Assembly: GCF_001194135.2 (NCBI RefSeq)
Contig: NC_068998.1
Location: 23,519,770 to 23,583,769, forward strand
Length of the DNA: 64,000 nucleotides
Reading direction: 5' to 3'
DNA from: Octopus bimaculoides
Taxonomy: Eukaryota
Every line of letters begins with the position of its first letter. Position 1 is the stretch's first letter. The notes beneath the pieces were generated by a model that was given only the letters and a program-made list of their open reading frames with translations, was not told the origin of the DNA and searched no databases. Positions 1 to 11,564 of the stretch are shown piece by piece. A program made the position numbers and the translations under genes.

Positions 1-1345
1 TGCTCATTTCTCAGGTTGACTCTCCAATCCGTGGCCAAATGTGGTCTTACACTGCCATTATAGTGCTGCCGATCTCTTTTATTAAGTTTCCTTTCATCAA
101 CCACTCCCACATGCTCTTTCGAGCCACTTCTTTTGTGGCTACATGGAACTCATTGTGTAGTCCTTTTTTGCGTAGTTCTTCTTCGTGTACTTATTGTACT
201 TCTTCCTTTGTTTTCTCACTTTTCTTTGCACCCATCACTCCCCTGTTCCTATCTGTCAGTAGCAAGGGCTAGTGACAGATTTTGGGCGAGGTATCTTATC
301 AAACTCTCGTGTTCGATACGCATACAGTCTTTCACACTTATCAGTCCTCTTCCTCCATTTGCTTCCTTCATGTATAGGCAATTAGTGTCTGCGCGTGGTT
401 GATGAACTCCATGCATCGTTAGGAGATTTCTTGACTTACTGTCCATCTCCTTTAGCTCCTCCTGTGTCCAACTCTAAGATTCCAGCGCCATACCAATCTA
501 CTGCGACTGTGCCCGAGTTTATTGCCTAAATTATGTTTCTGGCATTCAGCTTTGAAGCTACTATTTTTCTCTATTTTATCTTTTACTTCATGACGTGGTG
601 TCTGACTCCATCTGCCTCTAGTATTCCTAGGTATTTATAACTGGACAGATGTTGAACGGCATTCAACATTTCAACACATGGGAACCATATGCCTTCTGTC
701 CTAGCAAGCTTACCTCGGCTTATCACCATCGGAGCAAATTTTGAGAGTCAAACATTTTGAGAGTCAAAAACCATCTTAATATCATAGGAGAAAATCCGCA
801 CACACTGGACTAGGGTCTCCAGTTCTGCATCAGGTTTCATGAATAGCTTCATGTTGTTCATAAATAGCAAAAGGTTCCGTCTTCCCTTACCTCTTTCTAG
901 AACATACCCCAACTTTCTTTCTGTACTATTTCACTCAAGGGGATAATTCCAAGAACGGCTATCAGTAGGGATACACTGTTCGCCTGGTAGATTCCTCTCT
1001 TGATTTTTTGCCTCTCCTAGTACTTACTTAGCTGCTGTCAATACCGTTTCCGGCATTTCCTACAGTTCCATATAAGGCTTCTCATATTTTCTTCTCCATA
1101 CATTGACATTGTTCTTATTATCCAAGAGTGTGTGTGGTATCACGTCGTATCCTTTGCGATTTTCAATCCATACCAAGCTTAGGTTTGTATGTCTTCTCTT
1201 GCAGTTCCTGATCATTAGATTATTAATCAAGAACTGTTCCTTCGTTCCCTCAACTCCTTTTTTGGCACCCTTTCTGTTAAATATCTAACAGCTCACTTTT
1301 TTCATATATCTGTATAGCTTACTGACCAAAGCACCTGACATTAGT
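1..1345 (-). mobile_element. Decayed RLE-type non-LTR retrotransposon (R4/Dong-like), reverse transcriptase region, 5'-truncated
   Basis: Minus-strand translation across frameshifts gives QKGC...NCKRRHTNLSLVWIENRKGYDVIPH (cf. AWIDYxKAYDxVPH), YQANSVSLLIAVLGIIPLS (cf. FQGDSLSP), LFMNNMKLF (cf. LFMDDLKL) and ORF 249-446 HQPRADTNCLYMKEANGGRGL (cf. HPxADxxRLYLPRxxGGRGL). Confidence 0.8.
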
Positions 1346-1354
1346 TTCCTCACA

Positions 1355-1405
<51 letters not shown>
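1355..1405. repeat. (ACT)n microsatellite
   Basis: Direct inspection. Confidence 0.97.
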
Positions 1406-1451
1406 GGTAGAATTGGTAACATAATGTGAGTTTAAATCTGTCGAGGTCAAT

Positions 1452-1640
1452 GTGAGCTGGCAGGTACGTTAGCATGCCGGGAAAAATGTCCTGATTTGAT
1501 GTTTCGCCGGGTTCAACTTTTCCTCTACTCCTTTCGGGGCCGATACATTAAGTGCCTTTCAATTACTGGAATCGATATAATCGACTGGTTTACTCCCCTC
1601 AAATTCCACGCCTTGGTTTTAGTAGAAAGGATTACTATTA
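1452..1640 (+). mobile_element. SINE family A copy, internally deleted
   Basis: gtgagctggcaggtacgttagcatgccgggaaaaatg head, tcctttcggggccgata core and atcgatataatcgact match the other family-A copies; tail is ttagtagaaaggatta. Confidence 0.75.
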
Positions 1641-2393
1641 TCCTTGATGTTGTTGTTAGTGTTGTAGTAATCGCTGTTTATGTTGTTGTTGTTGTTATTG
1701 CTGGTGTTGTTAATTTGGTTCTTTTTATTATTGTTATTTTTTGATTTTTCAGGATTCAGTTTTGATGATTTAGTTTTTCTTTACAAGTTACTGTTGAAGC
1801 GAATGTTGTTACCAAAATTAATAGCATACAGTTCGATTCTTAATTTTCCGATGTTTTGAGCATCATCTGTCTACAAGAGTTGACGAAAGAAAGAAAAAAG
1901 TGTATCCTGCTTCTATTTGTGGAAAAATTTTATATTTCATTTTGAGTTAACAACATAAAATTGCCAGTCATTATTTTATGGCACGCTCACAAGAATAAAA
2001 GTGAAATTGAACATGATAATACATTTTACATACCGAAAAACAAAGCAAAGACTTATTCTGTATTTACTGCAACGCAAAGTGTTGATAGTGACAGCAAATA
2101 TATAACACAAACATGATCATTTATATTCAAACACCGACTTTAAAAATATCGCATGAAAAATCTTGCCGACAATAGAAGTATATAAACACAGTACTTCAAA
2201 AGTAAATGCAAATAACAAATATAGAAAAAAGGAAATGCTGTATTTTGCAAATGCTTTTTTCAAACAAAAAACAGACTTACACGTGAAACTCAGAGTAGGA
2301 AGGGAATCGCTCGACCAAAATAAAATGTGTTATTAATATCTGTGGTATTGAATATTCGTCTTTCCGACATTCGACACTAAACTGATGAACACA

Positions 2394-2449
<56 letters not shown>

Positions 2450-2875
2450 NNNNNNNNNNNNNNNNNNNNNNNNNNNNNNNNNNNNNNNNNNNNNNNNNNN
2501 NNNNNNNNNNNNNNNNNNNNNNNNNNNNNNNNNNNNNNNNNNNNNNNNNNNNNNNNNNNNNNNNNNNNNNNNNNNNNNNNNNNNNNNNNNNNNNNNNNNN
2601 NNNNNNNNNNNNNNNNNNNNNNNNNNNNNNNNNNNNNNNNNNNNNNNNNNNNNNNNNNNNNNNNNNNNNNNNNNNNNNNNNNNNNNNNNNNNNNNNNNNN
2701 NNNNNNNNNNNNNNNNNNNNNNNNNNNNNNNNNNNNNNNNNNNNNNNNNNNNNNNNNNNNNNNNNNNNNNNNNNNNNNNNNNNNNNNNNNNNNNNNNNNN
2801 NNNNNNNNNNNNNNNNNNNNNNNNNNNNNNNNNNNNNNNNNNNNNNNNNNNNNNNNNNNNNNNNNNNNNNNNNNN
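2450..2875. other. Assembly gap flanked by (CA)n and (TA)n. Similar gaps at 4182-4222, 10216-10314, 11581-11771, 20168-20288, 22962-23263, 26268-26612, 33902-34004, 41465-41505, 48379-48792, 52419-52993, 59310-59319, 60939-61436
   Basis: N-runs; most abut dinucleotide repeats. Confidence 0.98.
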
Positions 2876-2999
2876 ATATATACATGGTTACACAGATACA
2901 CACAAGTATTTATATACACGTATATATAAAGTTACTGTTGACTTCGTAAGAAATTATAAAATTTCGAGAGAACGTGGAAAGAAGTTTTAGTTGTTGAGG

Positions 3000-3400
3000 G
3001 GGAGGTAGGTACAAGACTGAAATGGAATGAGGAAAAGGGTCTACAGTGCTTGTTCAAAGTTTGAAAGAGAGAATTAAGCAGAAGATCAAAAGATGGCTTA
3101 GAAAGGGTGAAGATGTCTGTGATTTGTGGGAGGAAATGTTTGAGTCATGTAGGCCTAGTCAGCCACGAGAGAACACAAAGGAATCGACATCTTGTAAATT
3201 GTGTTACGGTTATTTTCACAGCAGAACATGTGCAAACTTTGGAAAGGTGTGCCTCTCATGTGGAAGATTAAAGAAGCATATCAAAAGACTTCATACTGTT
3301 GCACCTCTTCCCTCTGTCACCCAGCACATCTGTGTATTATGCAATATCATGTAAAAATCCTTGGTGGGAATCCGGAGTCTTATAAGGACCTCATATAGTT
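3000..3400 (+). mobile_element. 3' end of an RTE-type LINE with tandem C2H2-like zinc-finger motifs (decayed)
   Basis: With one frameshift: CDL(C)GRKCLSHVGLVSHERTQ (cf. the RTE C-terminal CxxCxRxCxSRIGLxSHxRxH), then SCKLCYGYFH, CANFGKVCLSCGRLKKHIKRLH and HICVLCNIM*KSLVGIRSLIRT. Confidence 0.6.
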
Positions 3401-3867
3401 GAATCAATGACAGATTTCAATGATTTTATCTAGCAATGGCCTCGCTCATATACAGGAAAGCAGCTACTCTTTCTCTCCCTCTTCTCTCTCTCTCACACTT
3501 CCCTCTCTCTACCTCTTCTCTCTCTCTCCCACTTCCCTCTCTCTACCTCTACTCTCTCTCTCTCTCTCCATATATCTATCTATCTATTTATCTATCTATC
3601 GATCTATATATATATATATATATATATACTCACATATACACACGTATATATATACAATTATTGTTGACATCGTAAGACATGGTCAGCTTTCAAAAGACCG
3701 TGGGGTTGTAGTCCTACGCTGAGCCTTCGTCTTTTCCTATCAGAAAATGTTTTTTCAACCAAATAATATGTTAGTACGTGTATGTTTATATAGAACTCGA
3801 GAACCAGTTCAAATGATAAAGCTCAGCGTGTGTGTATATGTGTGTGGAAGTGTGTGTGTCTTTCATA

Positions 3868-4181
3868 CTTTTACTTGTTACTTGTTTCAGTCATTTCACT
3901 GCGACAATGATGGAGCAACGTGTTGAGGTATTTTTGTCGAACGAACCGACAAATGTCTAGTAATTCTTAGTCGGTCTCTTTTTACTTTCGTAACTGCTAA
4001 GGTACAAGATGTGGATTACCCAACACCAGTTGCCAGGTGGTGTCAGAAGTCTAAAACAGACACACACACCTACTCAGAAAACTTCTTTCAGTTTCCGTGA
4101 AATCTACTCCGAAGACTTGCCTTAGACGCCCCTCACTGGGACTGAACCTGCAAGCGAATGCGAAAAGAGAAATCTTCGCAT
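3868..4181 (-). mobile_element. SINE family B copy, runs into a gap
   Basis: ttacttgtttcagtcattt, ttctttcagtttccgt and gggactgaacc match the family-B copies at 31166-31594 and 47161-47582. Confidence 0.75.
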
Positions 4182-4267
4182 NNNNNNNNNNNNNNNNNNN
4201 NNNNNNNNNNNNNNNNNNNNNNCACACAGACACACACACGCACACACGGACACACATATAAGATTCG

Positions 4268-4565
4268 TTTAAGGATGTTGAACGAAACACCCATGCTTCC
4301 AGAGGTAAATTATTCAAAGTCCCAAACATTCCTCTCAACACATGGCGATGATGTTCCCCCATTACTTCTGCTCGTGATTAGTGATGCGCATATCAGGCAC
4401 TAAAGGACATGCTCAACTGGTCAAGATCAAGTAACTGACAAACAAAGCAGTGGTATTGAGTAGAATATTTGCTGTAGCACATCTTTTATACCAAGAGAAA
4501 CCATGTACATAATACTTCCAATGAGTTAAGATTAGAAGTCATGAGAGTCACTGTCTGGTACTGTA
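4268..4565 (+). repeat. Interspersed repeat family C, partial copy followed by (ATT)n
   Basis: aaggatgttgaacgaaacacccatgcttccagaggt...ggacatgctcaactg...tgctgtagcacatc aligns with 4938-5158. Confidence 0.75.
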
Positions 4566-4578
4566 TCAAGGCATTTAC

Positions 4579-4663
<85 letters not shown>

Positions 4664-4693
4664 ATTATTATTATTATTATCATTATTATTATT
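4579..4693. repeat. (ATT)n microsatellite
   Basis: Direct inspection; explains the poly-I and poly-N ORFs. Confidence 0.97.
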
Positions 4694-5158
4694 GAATGAG
4701 AGAGCAGTGCTTGCCATCAAAGTGACACTGGGTTACAAATATTCGAAGCCCAGAATACCCATCAATGCTACACGTCTGATAAAGGTATACCAAATATATG
4801 CATCACAACCATATTTGCGAAGCAAGGTGATTTCATATCAATACAAATAGCTTATGACCTTGCATGTAGGGGCCAGTAAGAATTTCCATTAGGTCGAGGA
4901 ACCTATCCCGATCAAAAGGTTCCTGAACAATAATTATTTAAGGATGTTGAAAGAAACAGCCATGTTTCCAGAGGTGAATTATTCAAACCTCGAAGAATTA
5001 CTCTCAACACATGGCTTTGATGCTGCCCCAATACTTGTGCTCGTGATCAGACATACATATATCGTCAGCCACCAATGGGACATGCTCAACTGTTTATGTC
5101 AAAAATCTGACAAGCAAATCTTTAGTATTGAGCAGGATATTAGCTGTAGCCCATCATT
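4692..5158 (+). repeat. Interspersed repeat family C, longer copy followed by (ACT)n
   Basis: Second, longer copy of the 4268-4565 sequence with an extra 5' portion (gagagagcagtgcttgccatcaaagtgacactggg...). Confidence 0.7.
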
Positions 5159-5167
5159 ATTATTTTT

Positions 5168-5234
<67 letters not shown>

Positions 5235-5238
5235 GCTG

Positions 5239-5289
<51 letters not shown>

Positions 5290-5290
5290 T
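5168..5290. repeat. (ACT)n microsatellite with GCT interruptions
   Basis: Direct inspection. Confidence 0.95.
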
Positions 5291-6199
5291 GTGATATGTG
5301 TTGAGGCTCGGAACTCGACTGAATATTTGAAATACATCAATTCTAGTTGCACAGTTATCGTATTTTTGTGTTTCTGTTTATCTTTCATTACTTCACAAAC
5401 TTCAATCTATGATATTCAATTTTTACTGTAATACTACATAAATGTCACTTGAACAGAATTAATTACATATATTGCATCTAAAAATCGCCCTCATATAACA
5501 TGTAAACACAAAATTTATGAGGTGTTTAAAAGCATTGTGCTATAATAACGTTATATAAGCAGAGAAGAAAACTTAGCCATAAATGGAAATTATGACGGTT
5601 TACTAATATACTTATCTTTAAATATTCGACAATAAAATTTGGTTTCAAAAACAAAAGTTTTTAATCAACTACTTTTATAGTATGTGCCTTTTATATCATT
5701 ACACCACAATGCATCAAAGCTACACATAAATAACCAGACTACATATTACATGAAGCCAATATTTCGAAGTAATATCATTAGTTAATTATTTCATTCAACT
5801 GACAATTGTTAATATCATTGAAAATGTTAGAATATCATAGGTTGCATTTATTCAAATAAACAACTGTAAGGAATAATACAAGTGAATGAACACCGTTTTG
5901 CTATGGCTCCTTTATTTCATAGTTGAGTCGTTCCCCTGTTTTCGATATGATAAAAGTTTTTAAAACATTTTGGAAATTTACTTTCTTGGTGAGGATTTGA
6001 GCATGTTTCTTTACCTAACTATATACATACATACACGCATACGTATATACTTACATACGTACATGCATACATACATATACATAAACACATTGCCTGTCTT
6101 TCCATATCTGGTCAGTTTAGTGCGACTGACGGATGTCTACCCTGCGCTCGAAAAACAAAGAGTCTTTTATTTATAAAATCTGAACGGAACTTAAACATT

Positions 6200-6395
6200 T
6201 CATGTTGGAATGTGCGCACTCTGTTGGACAACAAAAGTGATTGTAGGCCTGTAAGACGCATTGCACTTGTTGCTCGTGAGCTGAAACGTTATAGAATTGA
6301 TATAGCTGCACTCTCAGAGACTCGTATAGAAGGTGATGGTCAGCTTGAGGAAGTAGGAGGTGGATACACCTCTTTTTTTGGAAAGGAAGGCAGAA
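6200..6395 (+). mobile_element. RTE-clade LINE fragment, N-terminus of the apurinic-like endonuclease
   Basis: WNVRTLLDNKSDCRPVRRIALVARELKRYRIDIAALSETRIEGDGQLEEVGGGYT: the WNVRTL, RPxRRxALVARELxRY and IDIAALSETR motifs of RTE APE domains. Truncated by (TA)n. Confidence 0.9.
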
Positions 6396-6425
6396 GCAGG
6401 GGCGCGGAGAAGGAGGTGTATTTGC

Positions 6426-6474
<49 letters not shown>

Positions 6475-6558
6475 GGGGGGGTGTATGTCTGCGTATATGT
6501 ACGTATTTAGGTAGGTAGGTAAATATGCGTATAATATATTTACAAATACGCGCATTTG

Positions 6559-6590
<32 letters not shown>

Positions 6591-6685
6591 AACCAAGAAT
6601 AACAGGAAAACAACAAAACACACGAAGACATACACAGTGACTATATAAGACTGACTCTCAAAGAAAGTTTAAGATGAAAAAAAGC

Positions 6686-7000
6686 GGGGTATGTCGTTTC
6701 GAGCGTAGCTGTTCATTAGACACAGATAAGAATAAAAAGTACGGAGAAAACCACGTGCATTGTTACATGGCTGAAAAGTAACTGACCGCAAGTGGAGAAA
6801 TATAAAGAAAGCGTTTTTGAAGGCAGGAGTGTGCGAAAATGGCCTGTGCTTTCTTGCATGGAAGTATCTCAGGGTGTGTCCGGTTATGCTTTCGTGAGTG
6901 ATACATGTCTAGAAGTGTGAAGCAAGAAGCAAGCAGGTTAGCAGCAGTATTTAGATGTTGTGATCGAGAGGTGAGGTGACATGTGGCTGAGTGCACTGAT
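6686..7000 (-). mobile_element. Probable Penelope-like 3' end/pLTR remnant with degenerate hammerhead motif at 6686-6725
   Basis: Minus strand ctaatga-a-cagctacgctc-gaaacgac. It lies downstream of a His-containing ORF (6763-6996) that loosely resembles a GIY-YIG C-terminus. Confidence 0.45.
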
Positions 7001-7449
7001 GTTGCTGTGTGTATGTATATTTTTTATGTGTGGATATATGTGTGAGTGCGTGTGTACGTGTGTGCTTGTATATGTATGCCTTTCTATTAGCGTGTACATT
7101 TGCATGTGTGTGCGTGTGTATGTCGGTGTAAGTGAAGAGATTTTTACATGCTAGTATACAGAAATGTATGTGTGAGTCTGAGAGAGATATGTATGCAATA
7201 TGTGACATGAGATGTGAGTCATGTATATGGCTGTTTGGAAGTTTGTGGAAGATAAATTGAATATGAAAAATATTAAATTAAAAGCGAAAAAAAAATTAAT
7301 TTTCATATTTCAAAATTTAAAAAAATTAATCTAATTCAAAATGTGAATTAATTTTTTTTCAAATAAATGGAATTAAACTGAAAATGTTAAGTTGAAACAA
7401 TTAATTTCAACAAGTGAAATATTAAAAAGTACAAGATAAAATAACATAA

Positions 7450-9000
7450 AGCGAAAGGAATGCGGAAGCTGTTACGAGAAGGAGTAGGCTCTTCCGTCCA
7501 AACGGTGGATAAGTTTCTAACGTGATACAATTATTCAGTTCTTCACGATGTCTAACGCTGGTGATTCAAAGGTGCAAGTCTAGGTCGAAGATTGTGAAGT
7601 GCTCAGTGGAGTGAATGTAAGAGCTAAAATGACAGGTGACTGGGATATTTTTTTTTTGAGGTGGATATCTCGTAGACCTGTAAATTTTTCGGCTAAGTGA
7701 TGTCCAGAAGATGCATGTCATAGATGAAAATAGAGTGTTGACTGGTACCAGTGAGGGAAGTGGTATTGGAGATGCAACGACAGGTGTGGCAACAGAGTCA
7801 GGAGCAAGACAAGGATGAAGGATAAGTAGAAGTGGAAAAGGGTTACGCGTACGTTTCGACGAGGGATTTGTTGGTTGGGGAAATCAGGGAGCATGCTAGG
7901 ATCGGACTGGAGATGAAGGAAATCCCGTATGATTTTTCCGAAGTATAAGTTGAGTGGATGGATGAAAAAGGAAGGAGAAGAGAATAGGTTTGGCAGATAG
8001 GGATGAGGAAGACGAGGGGCCTGAGATACAATCACCTTCGTGAGTACTGATAAATATGGCTGGACAACAGTAAAATGATGTCCGTGACCAGTAAACAGAC
8101 AGGAGAAGAATTGAGATTGTCTTGAAATTCTGAGACGAAGGAACTGGGAGTAGGGGATGACTTCTTTGGTGTGGGAAGAGGTGGGAGTCACGAGGTTTGA
8201 AGAAGGTAAAAGTGGTGAGAGATTGGACGAAGCTATCAAGAGGAAGAGAGATGTCAAGAAAGTTTCCGAAGCGTCAGAGATGATAGAAGTGAATTCGAGG
8301 AAAGGAGGAAAGGTAGCATCGAAAGCGGTGAAGTTATTGAGTTATTTACCGGAATGGGAGGAGGAACTAATACAGGTGTCTACCTACTGACAGTACAGCT
8401 CTGGGGTCGATAGGTAGAAATAAGGGAATAGTTGTATCACGAAATAACCAGCATTCTCGTTCCCATGGTGATCCTATATAGCTGCTGGGTATCCTCGCCC
8501 GCGAACGTAAGTCAGTTAAGGTTGAGAATGAGTTCAGTAGGGTGGAGAAATGAGTTGTGATGGGTTTGAAGACGGTGCACTGGTTGAGCAAGTATTAGGG
8601 GTTGAAGAAGTACGGTGTATAGGGATATTATATCCTTGATGAAGAAGAGACGGGAAGAAACGGGAAGCTAAGTAAAGAAATTGAATAGACCAAAGGCATG
8701 GTAGGTGTTGTGAATTTTGAACGAGAATTAAGCAATTAAGGGGTGAAGAGATAATTTCAAAATATTTTGAAATGTGTTTTGTGGGGCAGTAACAGGTGGA
8801 AATGATGGCGTGACCGGGGTTGTTTGATTTATGGAATTTGGAAGGAAATAAATGGTAAAGGTGCAGCGAGTTTCGAGTATGACGTTCGTGGCAAACGGGA
8901 CGAGGGCAGAAGGCAAGACAAGGTCACAGATGGTAGAGGATAGACGCTGCTGAGTGTATAAGATCAGAAAGCAGACTGTGATAAAATTTGGTGTTACGCA
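7450..9000 (-). mobile_element. Penelope-like element (RT plus GIY-YIG), decayed
   Basis: Minus-strand motifs: PSALVP...ETRCTFTIYFLPNSINQ (cf. RFYFLPKIHK), STLLNSFST, ITMGTRM (cf. GxAMGTRMGP), TFLDISL, KEVIPYSQFLRLRIS (PLE signature IPYSQFLRLRRIC) and REELNNCITLETYPPFG (GIY-YIG end). Confidence 0.85.
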
Positions 9001-9036
9001 GATGTCGTAATGCTTTCTCCACGTAAATGATATATA

Positions 9037-10070
9037 TTAGGTTATCCCATAAATAATGCTTTATTTTCATTTGCATGAAATAAAAGTCGGAGGGAGACGG
9101 GATAAACTGCCTGCGTCAGCTTCCTATAAAAGCAGGTAGTAATTTTACGTTGCCCTTACTCTTAGTGCATGTTTTGAAGAGTGCATTTCGATTTTAACGG
9201 TTATTTTTGCAAAGCTCTAACGGAAGTGAAAAAGGAGCATATTCTGCATATTTTGCTTTATAAGTGCAAGAAAGGCAAGAACACAACGGAAAGTGCGCGG
9301 AATATTAATACAGTATATGGGAATCGGAAAATAAACGTAAGCTAGTGTTAATGGTGGTTCCAGAAATTCCGAGGACGAACCTCGTCCTGGAAGATCTCTA
9401 GAGCTCGACTAGGACGTCATGCAAACTCTGGTTGAACAAAATCCCATCGTAACTGTTTCAGAGCTAGCAGAGAAACTTAAATTTGTTGTCACGTCTCACG
9501 AATGAACCTTTGTTGAACCGAATAGTGACTGGTGATGAGAAATGGGTTCTCTATTAAAGTGTTAAGCGCCAAAGACATTGGGTATGGAAAGGAAAAACAC
9601 CGACACCCAAGGGTAAAGAAGATCTTCACTCACGTATGTTGTTGTTATCTGTTTGGTGGGATAAGAAAGGTTTAGTCCACTCTATACTTTTAAACTCAAA
9701 CCAAACGATAATAAAGGAGATCTACTGCGAGCAAATTGAGCTGCTTAAGTCAGCGCTAGAAGAAAGTTACCCATCTTTGGTTTCAAGACGAAAGGAATTT
9801 TTCCCTCAGGATAATACTCGGGCACATACAGCGGGGATGATATTCCAAAAACTGGATCATTGCCAATCGGATTATCAATTATTCTGCAGTCTTCAAAATC
9901 ATTTGGACGGAAAAAATATGAATTCTGTAGACGCGGTAAGAACTGTACTGGCGGAGTATTTATCGTAATGGACAAGTGAATTTTAGGAAAGGAGACTGGA
10001 GTCTTGCGTATAGATGGAAAAACATTTTAGAAAATGAAGGAGAATATATTTTAGATTAAAAAATAAGTTT
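9037..10070 (+). mobile_element. Mariner (DD34D-type) transposon relic with internal deletions
   Basis: TA then TIR-like ttaggttatcccataaataatgc; EVKKEHILHILLYKCKKGKNTTESARNINTVYG (HTH); RIVTGDEKWVLY; LLSVWWDKKGLVH; QDNTRAH; SDYQLFCSLQNHLDGK. The YSPDLAP segment is deleted and no right TIR is seen. Confidence 0.92.
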
Positions 10071-10339
10071 CTTTTCATCTTAGCGGTGAAAGAGGGGGGG
10101 ACAAAAGGGAATTAGAGAAGGGTGAAAGAAGAAAACAGTACGGAGCAGAGTCTCATCAAAAAAGGTGAAGATAAACTTACTTGGAAAGGGATGTGTTAAA
10201 TAAGAATAAGAAATANNNNNNNNNNNNNNNNNNNNNNNNNNNNNNNNNNNNNNNNNNNNNNNNNNNNNNNNNNNNNNNNNNNNNNNNNNNNNNNNNNNNN
10301 NNNNNNNNNNNNNNTATATATATATATATATATGCATGA

Positions 10340-10765
10340 AATACGTAAAGAGCCGGAGGAAAAAGGAAAATAGGACAAGTAAACACAGAGAAAGGACCCT
10401 TCATCAGTTGTCGGCTGTCAATCTACTCCTCATTTCGAGCGTTCAACGTCAATATGAGTCATGAAAGACAGTTACTCCCATAAATTTTTAAATAAAATTT
10501 AGGATTTATGGAGGGTCAAAATTGGGAATAAAAACAGCACTGTGGAAACATAGAAGGAATCCGAAAGAAAACAAACATGGAGGGTCGTTAGACCAGAACC
10601 AGACGAAAATAGTGAACGCTGGGAGAAATATTTTCGTTGAAAAGGAAACGATGGAAGACAAAGAAAAAATGTCCAATCTTTTGAATGTCCGTGCTGGAAA
10701 AGAAAGATGGTCACGAGAGGAAAAAAGATGGACGATGGTCACGTATGAGGAAAGAGAGAGAGAGT

Positions 10766-10780
<15 letters not shown>
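10340..10780 (-). repeat. Non-coding interspersed repeat with gctcgaaa and ctgatgaagg motifs (PLE/HHR-related, tentative)
   Basis: Minus strand ...gaacgctcgaaatgaggagtagattgacagccgacaactgatgaagggtcc... Confidence 0.4.
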
Positions 10781-10796
<16 letters not shown>

Positions 10797-10829
10797 AAGG
10801 GGCAGAGAGAGAGGGAGAGAGAGACATAT

Positions 10830-11494
10830 TTCCTCCATCTTACAATAATTCCCGTTTTCTCCGAATGTTGACGTCACACACCACACTATAACGCCTGGTT
10901 AGTCCAGATGATGTTCCATAGGAAAATGTGGATTCTCACGGGCCCATTATCTGCAAGTATGTCGGTTGACTGAACCATGTAACTTGAAGGTGGCCTCATC
11001 TCTCCATTAGATTTTCTCTACCATTTGCAAAATTGTTGAGATACCATTTGTTGAGATACCATTCGCAAAAACTCTCCGATCAGGATCATTTTCATTGAGG
11101 GATTGGATTAATGTTGGAACGTAACTTTTCCAATGAGTTCGTTTCAATTACCGATGAACACGTGATTTTGGGATTACTATCTCACGACTCAATTGTCTTA
11201 CGGATTTTTTGGGGGAACGGGAAAGCGTTTCCATTAATTGGTTTTGTCTATTGGGGCTGATGGATGTTCGTGGCCTTCCAGAGCGTTGCTTACTAATGTT
11301 CTGAACAGTTCTGTATGCTTCAAATTTATCTCTGATGCGAGCAATAGTGCGTCGTGTTGGTGGTGTCTTCTGAAACTATCTGTTAAATTGTCTTTGTACT
11401 CACGTGACATTTTCGTGCTTCCTGAAATAAGAAAAAAAACAATACATTAGTAATCGTCCGTCAAAGAGTGAGTACATGTTTTTGGGATGCTCTG
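10830..11494 (-). mobile_element. Tc1/mariner-superfamily relic (rosa/maT-like, DUF4817-type HTH), 3'-truncated
   Basis: TA plus end sequence cagagcatcccaaaaacatgtactcactc; PTRRTIARIRDKFEAYRTVQNISKQRSGRPRT...[65 protein letters not shown]. Confidence 0.9.
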
Positions 11495-11518
11495 TATATA
11501 CACACACATATATATATG

Positions 11519-11564
<46 letters not shown>

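Noticed and set aside
1610-1827. Apparent secreted Asn-rich protein (MLLILVTTFASTVTC...NNNN) on the minus strand
   Set aside because: The ATG frame (1827) and the Asn-rich frame (stop at 1621) differ. The Asn-rich part is a degenerate (GTT)n repeat abutting a SINE tail.
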